From the sequence record MN850630.1: DNA of 64,000 nt; one strand, 5' to 3'. The notes under the pieces are model-generated. The model did no database searches and was not told the origin of the DNA. It saw only the letters and a list, made by a program, of their open reading frames with translations. A program made the translations under genes and the position numbers. The DNA is from Escherichia phage naam. Each line of letters starts with the position of its first letter. The stretch's first letter is position 1. Below are positions 54,911-64,000 of the stretch, piece after piece.

Positions 54911-54946
54911 TAAAAACAAAAAAAAAATGAGAGCATCCTTGCTCTC
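54911..54946 (-). terminator. rho-independent terminator after nrdD
   Basis: Stem gagagca / tgctctc followed on the minus strand by a long T-tract (TTTTTTTTTTGTTTTT). Confidence 0.7.
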
Positions 54947-54957
54947 CACCTCTTTCC

Positions 54958-57096
54958 TTATTTACTCAACGGACAACAGTCTACATTCCCAACATGTTTA
55001 ACACGTTCGATAACCTCTGCTTGTTTACCTGTGTTATACGGCCTACTGTTCGGGCTGGAGAGATAGCCAGACACTCTTCGGATCACTGAGATATATTGTT
55101 CATCGTGGCATCCGCACGCAGGGCAGCAGAACCCTTTAGCTGTTGCACTGAACTCACCAGAGAAACCACACTTGAGACATTTATCCACAGGTTGGTTAAT
55201 ACCAAAATACATAATGTGTTTATACCCGAAGTCAACAAGAGCCTCTAAAGCATCAAGGTTGTTTTTCAGGTTAGGTGTCTCTACGTATCCGATGTTGCCA
55301 CCGGAGGAGATCATAGCAAAACCTTCCTCATACTCCCACTTATCAAAAGGAGAGCTATTGATCCATACTGGCTGATGGAAACTGTTGGTGAGATATTCAT
55401 GCTCGTGCTTTAACACTTCTGGATATTCACGATCCAGACAGGTTGCAGCTTTATAGCATAGACTCTCAGAAGGAGTGCCGTACAAGCTAAATGCTAGTCT
55501 ACTTTCCTTCTTGTATCGCTCACAAGCATCTCTCATGTGCTGAAGGATTCCAAGAGCTAAAGCCTTGTCACCTTCTCTGCCCAAAATCTGACAGGTTTCA
55601 TACACACCAATGTACCCAATGCTGATGGAAGCGTACCCGTCATAGAAGAGTTTATCAATACTTTCTTCAGGATCCAGGCGAGCAAGAGCGCCTTCACACC
55701 ACATGATGGGGTTCTGCCCTGACTTTGTTCCTTTTAGACGGTTAACCCTTACAAGGTGAGCCTCGTATGCAAGATCCAAGTATTCGTCAAGAACTGCAAA
55801 GAAATCAACACCTTCCGTCTTAGCTTTTGCCGCAATCATTGGCAGGTTAAGGCTAACAACGCCTAAGTTAAATCTGCCAAGGTATTTCTCCTCGCCTGTT
55901 TCCAAGTCATTGTATTTGCTAAGAAAACTCCGGCAACCCATGCTCGTTACTTTGCCATCTGTCGAGCCTGTCACTTTTCTATTTAGTGGTACAGATACGA
56001 AGTCAGGATAGATACGTTCTGCACAGCATTCCAGAGCTAATCGTTTCAAATCATAGTTAGGATCTCCAGGGTTCATGTTGACACCCTCTTCTAGGAAGAA
56101 CAGCACTTTAGGGAACACAGGTGTGATCCGTTCTTCACCAAGACCCATTTTGTGGACTTTCAAGTAATTTTTGGTAATCATTCTACCAAAGACCGAGGTA
56201 TCCAGTCCTAAACTTAATGTGATGAATGGAGTTTGCCCGTTGACAGAAGTTAACGTATTGATTTGATAGAGCAAAGTCTGCATGCTGTCAAATACGTCTT
56301 TATCTGTCATTTGCATTGCAACAGTCTCAGCATCTGGCAACCAATGTTCCTGGCAAAATTTAAGGTTCTTCTCATAGGTCGCTTCAGCATACTGTGCCAG
56401 ATAATGATCAATATGGCTCATAGTCTGACCCCCATATTGAGCACTAGCTACTGCACTAGAGATTTGGCTAAGGATTGTTGTTGCAACCCCTATTGACTTA
56501 GGCTTACTGACATGGGCGTTACCAATGTTGAATCCGTTTTCCAACATATCTGGATAATTTACCAAACAACAGTTTGTTAACGGACTGATCAAGTAGTCAA
56601 GATCATGCACATGGATGAAGCCTCTATTGTGCTCTTCTGAGACACGGTCTGGCAGGATCTGTGTTGATGCAAGGTGTTTGCTAAGAATACCTGCAAGCAG
56701 GTCGCGATGAGTGTGTACATGATTAGTAGGCTTATTTGCGTTTTCTTTTGTAAATTCATCACAAGTTCGATCCAAGAAGCCACTAATATCTGCAAGCAGT
56801 TTTCCACCTGCCTCTCTGTTATTATCTCTTGTCTGTCTATACTGGATGTATTCTCTGGCTGCACATTTTAAACCCATATCCATAAGAGCATCTTCAACAA
56901 GGATATGGATATTTTTTACAGAGATCGTGCACTGGTCGGTTGGTAGATTGTTAGCAACAACTTCATTAACCGCGCAGGCGATCCGGTAAGCTTCTTCTTC
57001 AGTATGCCCAGACTCAAGTAAGGCGGACTCTGCCGCCTTGATCACCTTAATTCCGTTATAGAACTCTTCTCTACCGTCCCGTTTTACAACTTTCAC
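54958..57096 (-). CDS. nrdD: anaerobic ribonucleoside-triphosphate reductase (class III)
   Basis: N-terminal ATP-cone (VVKRDGREEFYNGIKVIKA); C-terminal zinc ribbon CLKCGF...CCPACGC; glycyl-radical-type RRVSGYLSSP; 712 aa. Confidence 0.85.
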   Translation of the reverse strand: MKVVKRDGREEFYNGIKVIKAAESALLESGHTEEEAYRIACAVNEVVANNLPTDQCTISVKNIHILVEDALMDMGLKCAAREYIQYRQTRDNNREAGGKLLADISGFLDRTCDEFTKENANKPTNHVHTHRDLLAGILSKHLASTQILPDRVSEEHNRGFIHVHDLDYLISPLTNCCLVNYPDMLENGFNIGNAHVSKPKSIGVATTILSQISSAVASAQYGGQTMSHIDHYLAQYAEATYEKNLKFCQEHWLPDAETVAMQMTDKDVFDSMQTLLYQINTLTSVNGQTPFITLSLGLDTSVFGRMITKNYLKVHKMGLGEERITPVFPKVLFFLEEGVNMNPGDPNYDLKRLALECCAERIYPDFVSVPLNRKVTGSTDGKVTSMGCRSFLSKYNDLETGEEKYLGRFNLGVVSLNLPMIAAKAKTEGVDFFAVLDEYLDLAYEAHLVRVNRLKGTKSGQNPIMWCEGALARLDPEESIDKLFYDGYASISIGYIGVYETCQILGREGDKALALGILQHMRDACERYKKESRLAFSLYGTPSESLCYKAATCLDREYPEVLKHEHEYLTNSFHQPVWINSSPFDKWEYEEGFAMISSGGNIGYVETPNLKNNLDALEALVDFGYKHIMYFGINQPVDKCLKCGFSGEFSATAKGFCCPACGCHDEQYISVIRRVSGYLSSPNSRPYNTGKQAEVIERVKHVGNVDCCPLSK

Positions 57097-57371
57097 TTTT
57101 TCTCTCCAAAACCATTCTTAACAAAAGAGATGAAATCGTCGGCACCGCCTATATGGACACTGTCAAGATCGCTTTCTAAGAAGATCTGCGGCAACGTTCT
57201 GGGGACAATTGGACTGCACTTCTCAATAAGCTCTTCTTTTGTGTAGCCCTCGCCAAGTGTCTTATATACAAAAGGCAGACCTTTGCTGATTGCAAATTCT
57301 TTTGCTCTGACACAATGTGGGCAGTTATCCTTACCGTAAATGATGATGAAAAAAGATTTTTCGCAGCTCAT
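57093..57371 (-). CDS. glutaredoxin-like redoxin (NrdH/Grx-type)
   Basis: Active site CPHC in IYGKDNCPHCVRAKEF; 92 aa; between nrdB and nrdD. Confidence 0.7.
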   Translation of the reverse strand: MSCEKSFFIIIYGKDNCPHCVRAKEFAISKGLPFVYKTLGEGYTKEELIEKCSPIVPRTLPQIFLESDLDSVHIGGADDFISFVKNGFGEKK

Positions 57372-57374
57372 ATA

Positions 57375-58463
57375 TTAAAACTCCCAAATTTCTTCTTCAG
57401 CGTCGTTAACAGTTGTGTTGACGCGGTAGTCAGTGTTCGACATTTCTTGGTTCGCCGTCTGTTGTAATGAAGGTTTCATCCACACCTGCATAAACGGTAG
57501 CGGGTCCTTTGTTGGCGGCACAAAGTCTTTGTCGATGTCGTAGTAATCATAAATCGGTGAGCAGTTATAGTCAACCCACTCTTTAAGCAACGGTGAGTTA
57601 AGACCTATAATCGCTCTTCCTTCGCTGAAAATATAGTCACTCCAACCGTACTCTTTGGTTCGTACTTCATCAAGAATCTCTTTTAACTCCCCTTTTATCT
57701 CCAGGAAGCTTTTCTCCCATGCGGGATCGTTAAGCAAGATATCAATGATGGCAAAATCACCTTTCGAATGTAGCATTTCGTCAAGCATGATTTTTTGAAC
57801 AAGCTGCGCCACCTGAACAAAAATACCCTGTTCAGCTACTGCGAAAGTGCATGCAAAACTTGCAATAAACTCAATACTTTCTAGAGCTAAAAGTGCAAAA
57901 AGCGCTCTAAGAATGCATTTCCGCACAATATCTTCTTCAACACTAGAAGGATCCAGGCGGTATTTTGCACCAATAACCTCAAGCTCTTGCATGTATTTGA
58001 CAATAACGCCGGATCTGCTCAGAACGTTTTGGTTTTCCTGAATCTCTTCTATAATCTCACGGGCATTGGGGAGGCATTGTCTAACAATCTCTGAGTAAGT
58101 TAGTGCGTGAAGAACTTCAATCTCTGACTGTTTCATCAATAGAGTGAAAAGCTCACTATTAGTGATGAATGGTGAAAAGAGGCAGATGATCGATCTTGCC
58201 GCAACGCTATCAGCCTCCCATTGCCACATCAAGGTCTGCACCATCACGTCATAAGTTGACTTTGAGCATGTTACAAAATCTGAAATAGATTGCGACAAAT
58301 CCACTTCATCCTCTGTCCAATCTTGCTCTTTTTGTTTTTTGTATAGTTCAAACAGTTGTGGATATTTTTTGTTGATAGAGTCGTACATACCCATTTGCTG
58401 TCCCAGAAACAACGGATAGTCACCAGTTTTATGAGCGGTGTTCTCAGCATTAAATACAGCCAT
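57375..58463 (-). CDS. nrdB: ribonucleotide reductase small subunit (class Ia)
   Basis: Follows nrdA; iron-ligand-type motif SEIEVLHALTYSE; ATG at 58463 after AGAGGTAG (track ORF 57375..58523 starts further upstream). Confidence 0.8.
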   Translation of the reverse strand: MAVFNAENTAHKTGDYPLFLGQQMGMYDSINKKYPQLFELYKKQKEQDWTEDEVDLSQSISDFVTCSKSTYDVMVQTLMWQWEADSVAARSIICLFSPFITNSELFTLLMKQSEIEVLHALTYSEIVRQCLPNAREIIEEIQENQNVLSRSGVIVKYMQELEVIGAKYRLDPSSVEEDIVRKCILRALFALLALESIEFIASFACTFAVAEQGIFVQVAQLVQKIMLDEMLHSKGDFAIIDILLNDPAWEKSFLEIKGELKEILDEVRTKEYGWSDYIFSEGRAIIGLNSPLLKEWVDYNCSPIYDYYDIDKDFVPPTKDPLPFMQVWMKPSLQQTANQEMSNTDYRVNTTVNDAEEEIWEF

Positions 58464-58473
58464 TATTCTACCT

Positions 58474-58495
58474 CTAAAATGGGGCCGAAGCCCCT
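58474..58495 (-). other. intergenic stem-loop between nrdA and nrdB
   Basis: Stem ggggc / gcccc with ttcg loop followed by ATTTTA on the minus strand; hand-located. Confidence 0.4.
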
Positions 58496-58501
58496 TTAAA
58501 A

Positions 58502-60817
58502 TTATAGTGCACAGCTTTCGCAATACGGATCTTCAACTGAACTATCTGCAATCAAAGGATAGTTCTTTCTGGTTTCATCTTCAGCCTGTTTCTTGGCATG
58601 AAGTTCCTCTGCCAAGGAGTCACCAGCACCAACCCTGGAGTTTAAATAATACCATGTCTTCATCCCGAATTTAGTGGCACGGATAAGGTACCCTAGCTGC
58701 TCCTTCATTGAAATTTTACCATCTTTCAACTTGGTGTAGTCTATGTATAAATCCGCGCTGATTGCCTGACCTGTGAATTTTTGAATCACAGCATACATAT
58801 CGATCATGTCGTTAGTATCAACGTCCCAAGCCGAGGTGTAATACTCTTTCAACTCATCATAGTCAGGAACGATAAACAGCACCTGCCCTTGTGGCGACTT
58901 TTTAAAGATAATGTGCTCACGGACAGGATAAACCCCGTTAGTGGTGTTTGTTGCCAGCGAAGAGCTTTCATTAGGCATATATGCTTCAAGAACGCTATTA
59001 CGTAGCCCACCATTTTCAATGATTTCTTTACGTAACCCTTCCCAATCCTGTTTAAGAGAAGGATCTTTCACCACGCTATCGACCTCTTTGTTATAGGTGT
59101 CGATTGGTAACCAACCTTCTGGATATTTTGTTTTATGCATCCACTCGCAGACACCACGCTCTTTTGCCAACCGTAAACTTGCCTTATGCAAGCTGTAGCT
59201 GTGAAGTTCTGCAAGATCGTGAACGAGCTGTTTACTCTCAGGAGATCCGTAAGTAACCTTGTGGCTGGCAATAAAATGTGCAACATTGGTAAGGCCAACC
59301 CCGATGGATCTGCGTTTTTTAACTGTGCTTTCCATATTTTCATACGGATATGTCATGATTTCCATAACATTGTCAATCATAAGCACCGTATAGTATGCAA
59401 CATCCTCATACTCTTCTGGAGTAACCCTTCCGGCTACAAGAGATGACAGGAAGCACAATGCAACCTCTCCATCATCAGCATCGTACTTGAAGATATTACG
59501 CATATCTGAATAGCCTTTTGTCGGGAGGGCTATTTCTGCACACAGGTTACTTGAATAGATCACATCTTTAAAAGGTGTATGTCTATTCATCTCATCTGTC
59601 CAGTATACATACAGCCTTCCCACCTCAGTACGCTGCGTGATCAGCTCAACAGCAAGATCTCTAGCTCGGATCCATGTTTTAGGAATACTGTCATCTTTAG
59701 CGATACGATCAACCTCTGCATCAAACTCCTCCATAGACATGGTGAAGATACCCTCATGTAGTTGAGGCGCGTGCTTATAAGAAACAAGCATCCAATCTAA
59801 ATTCTTAGCCACACGGTTGATAAACGACCTATTAATACCGATGGAGTAGTCCATGGTGTTGATTCTTTTTGAAGCAACAGTCATAGGGTTTCTCAAACGG
59901 ATTAGCTCATCAATCTGCGGGTCTAGTGCAAGGAATGATACTGTTGCAGAACCGCCACGTGATTGTTGTCTGTTCTCCTTAACCCCAGCATCAATACCTC
60001 GATAATATGGAATCTTACCCATGTGTTTAATAGTGTTACCACGAACACCATCACCTGCAGATCTTGATGATAAATAGTAGCCGATACCCGCTTGGTTAAC
60101 CGTCATTGTGTACGCAACTTCACGTGCCACACCAATAGATTTTGCTGTATCGTCAGCTTTTATTACACAACAAGATGCATACCCTGTCTTACCTGTGCGC
60201 AGCCCGTTTAAGTACGGTGTCGGGGCATTGATCTTTAAGTCGGACAGATAAGTGTATAATTTTACAACATCGTTGATACGACGTTCTTTCGGCATATTCT
60301 TCATGACAGCCATTGCTATCCCCATAAACATCATCTGGGGAGATTCAAACAGGGTGTCTTTAAGAGTATCCTTGATCCCGTATTTGTCGCGAAACTGTTT
60401 AAGGACTGCATAGCCATAACCGAGATCTTTACTGTGGTCAATAACAGCGTCTAAAGTGTTTAGCTCGGTAAAGCTATAGCCCATATTCTCCCAATACCCT
60501 TTCTCAACCATGGTATTGTAAAATGATGGTAAGGAAGGGATCTTTGTAAACCCTCCAAAAGCCTCTTTATAAATCTGACCAATAAGAACACGACCAGCCA
60601 TACGGGAATGTGCTTCGTCTTTACGGCTAACACAGGAGTCTATGATAGCTTGGTTAACTTCTTTGGTTGTACATCCATCATACAGTCGTTTGTATGCATC
60701 CAGTGCAATGTGTGACCAATTGCCGTTACCGTCGTCACCGAAAATAGCTGCCTTATTTAAACGTTCTGGATCGAATGCCACTTCACATCCGTTGCTTTTA
60801 ATTACCTTGGTGATCAA
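58502..60817 (-). CDS. nrdA: ribonucleotide reductase large subunit (class Ia)
   Basis: N-terminal ATP-cone; active-site signature NLCAEI; C-terminal CESCAL cysteine pair; 771 aa. Confidence 0.9.
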   Translation of the reverse strand: MITKVIKSNGCEVAFDPERLNKAAIFGDDGNGNWSHIALDAYKRLYDGCTTKEVNQAIIDSCVSRKDEAHSRMAGRVLIGQIYKEAFGGFTKIPSLPSFYNTMVEKGYWENMGYSFTELNTLDAVIDHSKDLGYGYAVLKQFRDKYGIKDTLKDTLFESPQMMFMGIAMAVMKNMPKERRINDVVKLYTYLSDLKINAPTPYLNGLRTGKTGYASCCVIKADDTAKSIGVAREVAYTMTVNQAGIGYYLSSRSAGDGVRGNTIKHMGKIPYYRGIDAGVKENRQQSRGGSATVSFLALDPQIDELIRLRNPMTVASKRINTMDYSIGINRSFINRVAKNLDWMLVSYKHAPQLHEGIFTMSMEEFDAEVDRIAKDDSIPKTWIRARDLAVELITQRTEVGRLYVYWTDEMNRHTPFKDVIYSSNLCAEIALPTKGYSDMRNIFKYDADDGEVALCFLSSLVAGRVTPEEYEDVAYYTVLMIDNVMEIMTYPYENMESTVKKRRSIGVGLTNVAHFIASHKVTYGSPESKQLVHDLAELHSYSLHKASLRLAKERGVCEWMHKTKYPEGWLPIDTYNKEVDSVVKDPSLKQDWEGLRKEIIENGGLRNSVLEAYMPNESSSLATNTTNGVYPVREHIIFKKSPQGQVLFIVPDYDELKEYYTSAWDVDTNDMIDMYAVIQKFTGQAISADLYIDYTKLKDGKISMKEQLGYLIRATKFGMKTWYYLNSRVGAGDSLAEELHAKKQAEDETRKNYPLIADSSVEDPYCESCAL

Positions 60818-61044
60818 TTTGCTTCCTCCACTTCATTAACGTATTTATCAAGGCAGGTATCAGTATCTTGCTGGATAAAGGTATCCTCTTCTACAGAGAT
60901 ATTTATAATTTTACCTGTATACTCGTCATAATAAACATCATCATACATTTTAATATCGTTTGTCAGGCCGTTGAACCAAAGCCAACCAACATACTCTGCC
61001 CGACTTGCAAAACCAAGATCCTTCCACTTGGAGTTATGACTCAT
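60814..61044 (-). CDS. hypothetical protein
   Basis: ATG (MSHNSKW) after AAGGTGGTGA (track ORF 60814..61122). Confidence 0.5.
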   Translation of the reverse strand: MSHNSKWKDLGFASRAEYVGWLWFNGLTNDIKMYDDVYYDEYTGKIINISVEEDTFIQQDTDTCLDKYVNEVEEAN

Positions 61045-61054
61045 CTTCACCACC

Positions 61055-61516
61055 TTAGCTTTCAATACCGAATAATTTTTCCAGGCGATGCAGATCTTCA
61101 AAATTAAAAGGTTCATCAACAATATGAATATCTTCAGCCTTTTCAGATTGTTTTGTATACTTTCTTACATTAACACGATCCTCTACAGGGATATCATACG
61201 GAAGATCTTGAACAAGCATTGCCTCACCGGGTGCTTTATCTACATCTAAAATATCTACACCGTTATACATTTGCGGGTATCTAAAGTCTGCACGCATGAC
61301 ACCAGCAAATACATCTGCCTTTCGATAATGTGTTGGCTTATTTTTGCATCGAACGTTTTTTCCACGAAGAACATCAATACTTTTTAAATCAAACCCTACG
61401 GCAAAGAGTGCAGCTCGGAGACCGTTTCGTGTGCGAACGTTAAACCCGGGAACGGTAGATAGGAAATCCAAAGTAACTGAAATAAATGTCTTTTTAGGAA
61501 TCATAACATTACTCAT
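61055..61516 (-). CDS. hypothetical protein
   Basis: ATG (MSNVMIPKK) after GGAG; the track start 61555 abuts the -10 box and is unlikely. Confidence 0.5.
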   Translation of the reverse strand: MSNVMIPKKTFISVTLDFLSTVPGFNVRTRNGLRAALFAVGFDLKSIDVLRGKNVRCKNKPTHYRKADVFAGVMRADFRYPQMYNGVDILDVDKAPGEAMLVQDLPYDIPVEDRVNVRKYTKQSEKAEDIHIVDEPFNFEDLHRLEKLFGIES

Positions 61517-61556
61517 ATCTGTCTCCATTTCTGGCCCACTAACAAAGTGAGCCATT

Positions 61557-61585
61557 ATTATAGATTATCTAATACTATTAGTCAA
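61557..61585 (-). promoter_or_regulatory. sigma70-like promoter (consensus -10)
   Basis: Minus strand TTGACT, 17-bp spacer, TATAAT. Confidence 0.55.
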
Positions 61586-61586
61586 C

Positions 61587-61613
61587 ACAAAAATTACCTA
61601 TCGCTGTGATAGG
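61587..61613 (-). terminator. rho-independent terminator after thyX
   Basis: Stem cctatc / gatagg with 5-nt loop, then TAATTTTTG on the minus strand. Confidence 0.55.
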
Positions 61614-61614
61614 A

Positions 61615-62598
61615 TTAACCTTTCACGAAGTGGTTATTAAGCAGTTGTCTGTGCTGAACCCACCCACAAAAGTTGGCAGACCAGAATTTACCATCACGAT
61701 CTTGATGGGTTACACCTTCCTGCCAAGTACTGATGTCTTGTGTGATTTCACATGAAGACAGGTAGTAGTTTAAACGTTCCATTGCGTTATCGTGATCCAT
61801 AGGTGTTGCCTGGTGCTCGTAAGGGCTTGCATGAATACGATCCCCACCAATCAATTTTTTAGCCACACTGTCTGCCTTTTCAAACGTGCTGTCAATATTT
61901 CGATAAGATACTTGTGCACAGCAACTAGCACTGATAGACAGAGCTTCTTTAGTATCGAGAATGCAGAGCTTTCCTTCTGTGTCACGTACAGCGTAGTTAA
62001 ACTCCCCGTCCAAATAAACGTGCTCTACATATGGAGTGTGCCATTGACCCGGTTTAAGGATTTCAGGAGTGCTATTCACAAGAGCCTCCCACATACAATT
62101 AGCCAACATCTGAATCGTAGGATCCGCATCGTGCCAGCAACGGAGGTGGAAAAAATTATTCCACTCGGTGCTTGTTACAACTGTTTTCATGCGTTGAAAA
62201 GGCTCCACTAAGCGGTTACATACTTGCTTATGGTAACCAGCAAGGGCGAACTTCTCTGCATGCCAAGCGGCGTTTTTTGCAGCTTCTTTCCAAAATTCTT
62301 CAGGAGTTAACTCCATGTCAGTGTACTCTACACGGATCTTTTGATCGTGTTCCCCACCATCTTCCATCCCTCGCTTATTTGCACCGAAGCGAACTGGCAT
62401 TGCCGGATTCTCCACAATCTGTTGCAGCATCTTGCCGACAGGAACTGCACGGGAAGACATGGCGTTTCGGCTGAATACTCGATGCGTCATAAGCTCTGAG
62501 TGAATAATTCGAGGATACTCTAGCTCAAAAGTGGTGATGCGCTTACCTTTCTCGGAAATGCTGTCAGCAATGATCTTTGCAGTGCACAGTTTTAGCAT
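61615..62598 (-). CDS. thyX: flavin-dependent thymidylate synthase
   Basis: ThyX signature region MTHRVFSRNAMSSRAVP (RHR-x7-S-type); 327 aa. Confidence 0.75.
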   Translation of the reverse strand: MLKLCTAKIIADSISEKGKRITTFELEYPRIIHSELMTHRVFSRNAMSSRAVPVGKMLQQIVENPAMPVRFGANKRGMEDGGEHDQKIRVEYTDMELTPEEFWKEAAKNAAWHAEKFALAGYHKQVCNRLVEPFQRMKTVVTSTEWNNFFHLRCWHDADPTIQMLANCMWEALVNSTPEILKPGQWHTPYVEHVYLDGEFNYAVRDTEGKLCILDTKEALSISASCCAQVSYRNIDSTFEKADSVAKKLIGGDRIHASPYEHQATPMDHDNAMERLNYYLSSCEITQDISTWQEGVTHQDRDGKFWSANFCGWVQHRQLLNNHFVKG

Positions 62599-62798
62599 TA
62601 TTTAGCTCTCCTTGTTTTAATTTTGGAAATTTCGTCTGGGTTTATGTTGGCCTTAAATGCAAGGTATCTGTTGAACATATCGGAGCACATGTCTTGGGTG
62701 ATCCTGGAGGCATACACCAGCTTACCTCCCAGATCATACACCTCTAGCCAGTCACCGTATCTGACTACAGGATCGCCACCTTTAGAACATCTGCCCAT
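62598..62798 (-). CDS. hypothetical protein
   Basis: 66 aa; coupled with thyX. Confidence 0.5.
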   Translation of the reverse strand: MGRCSKGGDPVVRYGDWLEVYDLGGKLVYASRITQDMCSDMFNRYLAFKANINPDEISKIKTRRAK

Positions 62799-62799
62799 T

Positions 62800-63393
62800 T
62801 CAAATACCTTCTAAAAACTTTCCTATTTTATACCAGCTATTAGCGGTATAGTCAACACTGACCTTTAACTCCTCGAATTGCTCATAAGGCGTATCTTTTA
62901 GGATTTTAATAACTTCAGGTCGTGAAGCGAATTGGTTCAGGTATTCATGCCTGTCGTCAATTATAACATCTACAGCCACATTTCCTTTGAAATGTGTGGC
63001 GTAGAAGCCGTGACCCTGGGTGTGATCGTCCAGATCCATAAAATCACTGGTCCAACGCTTTAAGAACCTTGATTTAGATGCAAGGTGACCTTTCTTGCAT
63101 ACCGAGATAAATGCAAGCTTGTGACCACGAGCCACCAAATCTTTCATAACCTCAATAGCCCCCTCTTCGGGCTTAAGAAAGTCGTAGAGGAACGGGTCAC
63201 TCCAGAAATCAAAAGGCCCTATGATGTTTTCTTTGGGGCGATCAGGCCAATACTTTGACAGATCGTAATACATTAACCCATTAGAAGGTTTAGTGACTGT
63301 CTTACTGGCTGGACCATACAAACGCTCCAACCACTCCCACCATGCTGTTCCTGAATCTACCAGTGTCAGATCTACATCAATTCCGATTAACAT
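62800..63393 (-). CDS. HAD-superfamily hydrolase, 5'(3')-deoxyribonucleotidase-like
   Basis: N-terminal HAD motif I IGIDVDLTLVDS and later VIIDDRHEYL; 197 aa. Confidence 0.5.
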   Translation of the reverse strand: MLIGIDVDLTLVDSGTAWWEWLERLYGPASKTVTKPSNGLMYYDLSKYWPDRPKENIIGPFDFWSDPFLYDFLKPEEGAIEVMKDLVARGHKLAFISVCKKGHLASKSRFLKRWTSDFMDLDDHTQGHGFYATHFKGNVAVDVIIDDRHEYLNQFASRPEVIKILKDTPYEQFEELKVSVDYTANSWYKIGKFLEGI

Positions 63394-64000
63394 TCTTCTT
63401 GGGCCTCTTTAGCATCAATATACTTGCACACAATCTCCGATGCACACTCCCAAGGTGCACCTTCAGGGTTTACAACATCAAACTCAACCCCTTTTATTCC
63501 GTTCTTTTCCAGACTTAGATAGGTTCTGGAATCATTTCCCCAGTCATATCCGACACGGTGAATACGGAACAACAACAGATCTCCACCTGTGCTGTATGCG
63601 TACTCACTAAGGCATGCCAGCTCCTCTTTGAATCCACCATCGGAGTAAACAACAACCCCTTTACCTTTAGGGAAATCTTTCTTCAAGGATGTGACTGCGG
63701 CCTTACCGAAAGCATCTTCACCAAAGATAGGTTTAATCAGATTTTCACTACAATGGATCATCCATTCTCGCGGAGAAACATGCTTGCCGTCTATCATTAA
63801 GAAAGGGCAAGGCTCTTCTTTGTAGTGGCGGTCATAAAGTGCATTCCAGAGTTGAGGAGTTACACCAGCTGCCTTAATTGCCACGCTGAAGAGCATCTCC
63901 TTAACCTCGCGGTGGTGTGAGTTAGGAATAGCTTCCAACAAGAGATCTGCAATGTGATCCTTACCACTGCTGGGTGGGGCGTTAAGAACAATAATATCCA
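63387..64000 (-). CDS. P-loop kinase, deoxynucleoside monophosphate kinase-like (partial; start beyond window end)
   Basis: Frame stays open past the track TTG start to the window edge, adding DIIVLNAPPSSGKDHIADLL, which resembles the T4 gp1 P-loop (SGVKRSGKDTTADFI). Confidence 0.5.
   Translation of the reverse strand, partial: DIIVLNAPPSSGKDHIADLLLEAIPNSHHREVKEMLFSVAIKAAGVTPQLWNALYDRHYKEEPCPFLMIDGKHVSPREWMIHCSENLIKPIFGEDAFGKAAVTSLKKDFPKGKGVVVYSDGGFKEELACLSEYAYSTGGDLLLFRIHRVGYDWGNDSRTYLSLEKNGIKGVEFDVVNPEGAPWECASEIVCKYIDAKEAQEEC

Noticed and set aside
1-64000. Prophage or lysogeny features (integrase, repressor, attachment site)
   Set aside because: No tyrosine or serine recombinase motifs and no CI-like repressor were recognised; gene content is that of a virulent phage.

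Overview
This window reads as a contiguous stretch of a large virulent tailed dsDNA phage genome (early, replication and nucleotide-metabolism region), not bacterial chromosome. Gene density is very high, most genes are small, and there is no integrase, rRNA, tRNA or CRISPR array. Two gene blocks converge: plus-strand genes from 1 to about 35.2 kb and minus-strand genes from 64.0 down to about 37.7 kb, meeting at a 2.4-kb ORF-free, repeat-dense region. Recognisable plus-strand genes: AAA+ ATPase, SleB-like cell-wall hydrolase, rIIA-like GHKL ATPase with a putative rIIB partner, SF1 helicase, amino-methyltransferase, compact C5-methyltransferase-like protein, primase-helicase, family-A DNA polymerase, SSB with a DDDIPF tail, and a macrodomain protein. 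Recognisable minus-strand genes: dNMP-kinase-like (partial), HAD nucleotidase-like, ThyX, NrdA, NrdB, glutaredoxin-like, NrdD, a homing-endonuclease-like insertion, NrdG, PhoH, ClpP-like peptidase, phage Dam-like methyltransferase, and an HPF/RaiA homologue. Sigma70-like promoters (TTGACA-N16-18-TATAAT) and Shine-Dalgarno sites point to a Gram-negative host. All calls rest on motif recognition by eye and the supplied ORF track; no database search was run. Coordinates of features I derived myself (small ORFs, promoters, hairpins, repeats) were counted by hand and may be off by a few bases. The most unusual parts are the two non-coding repeat regions (23.86-24.86 kb and 35.26-37.71 kb), a tandem array of paralogous small acidic proteins (37.7-48.4 kb), and several host-interaction candidates (macrodomain, HPF, ClpP-like, three methyltransferases).
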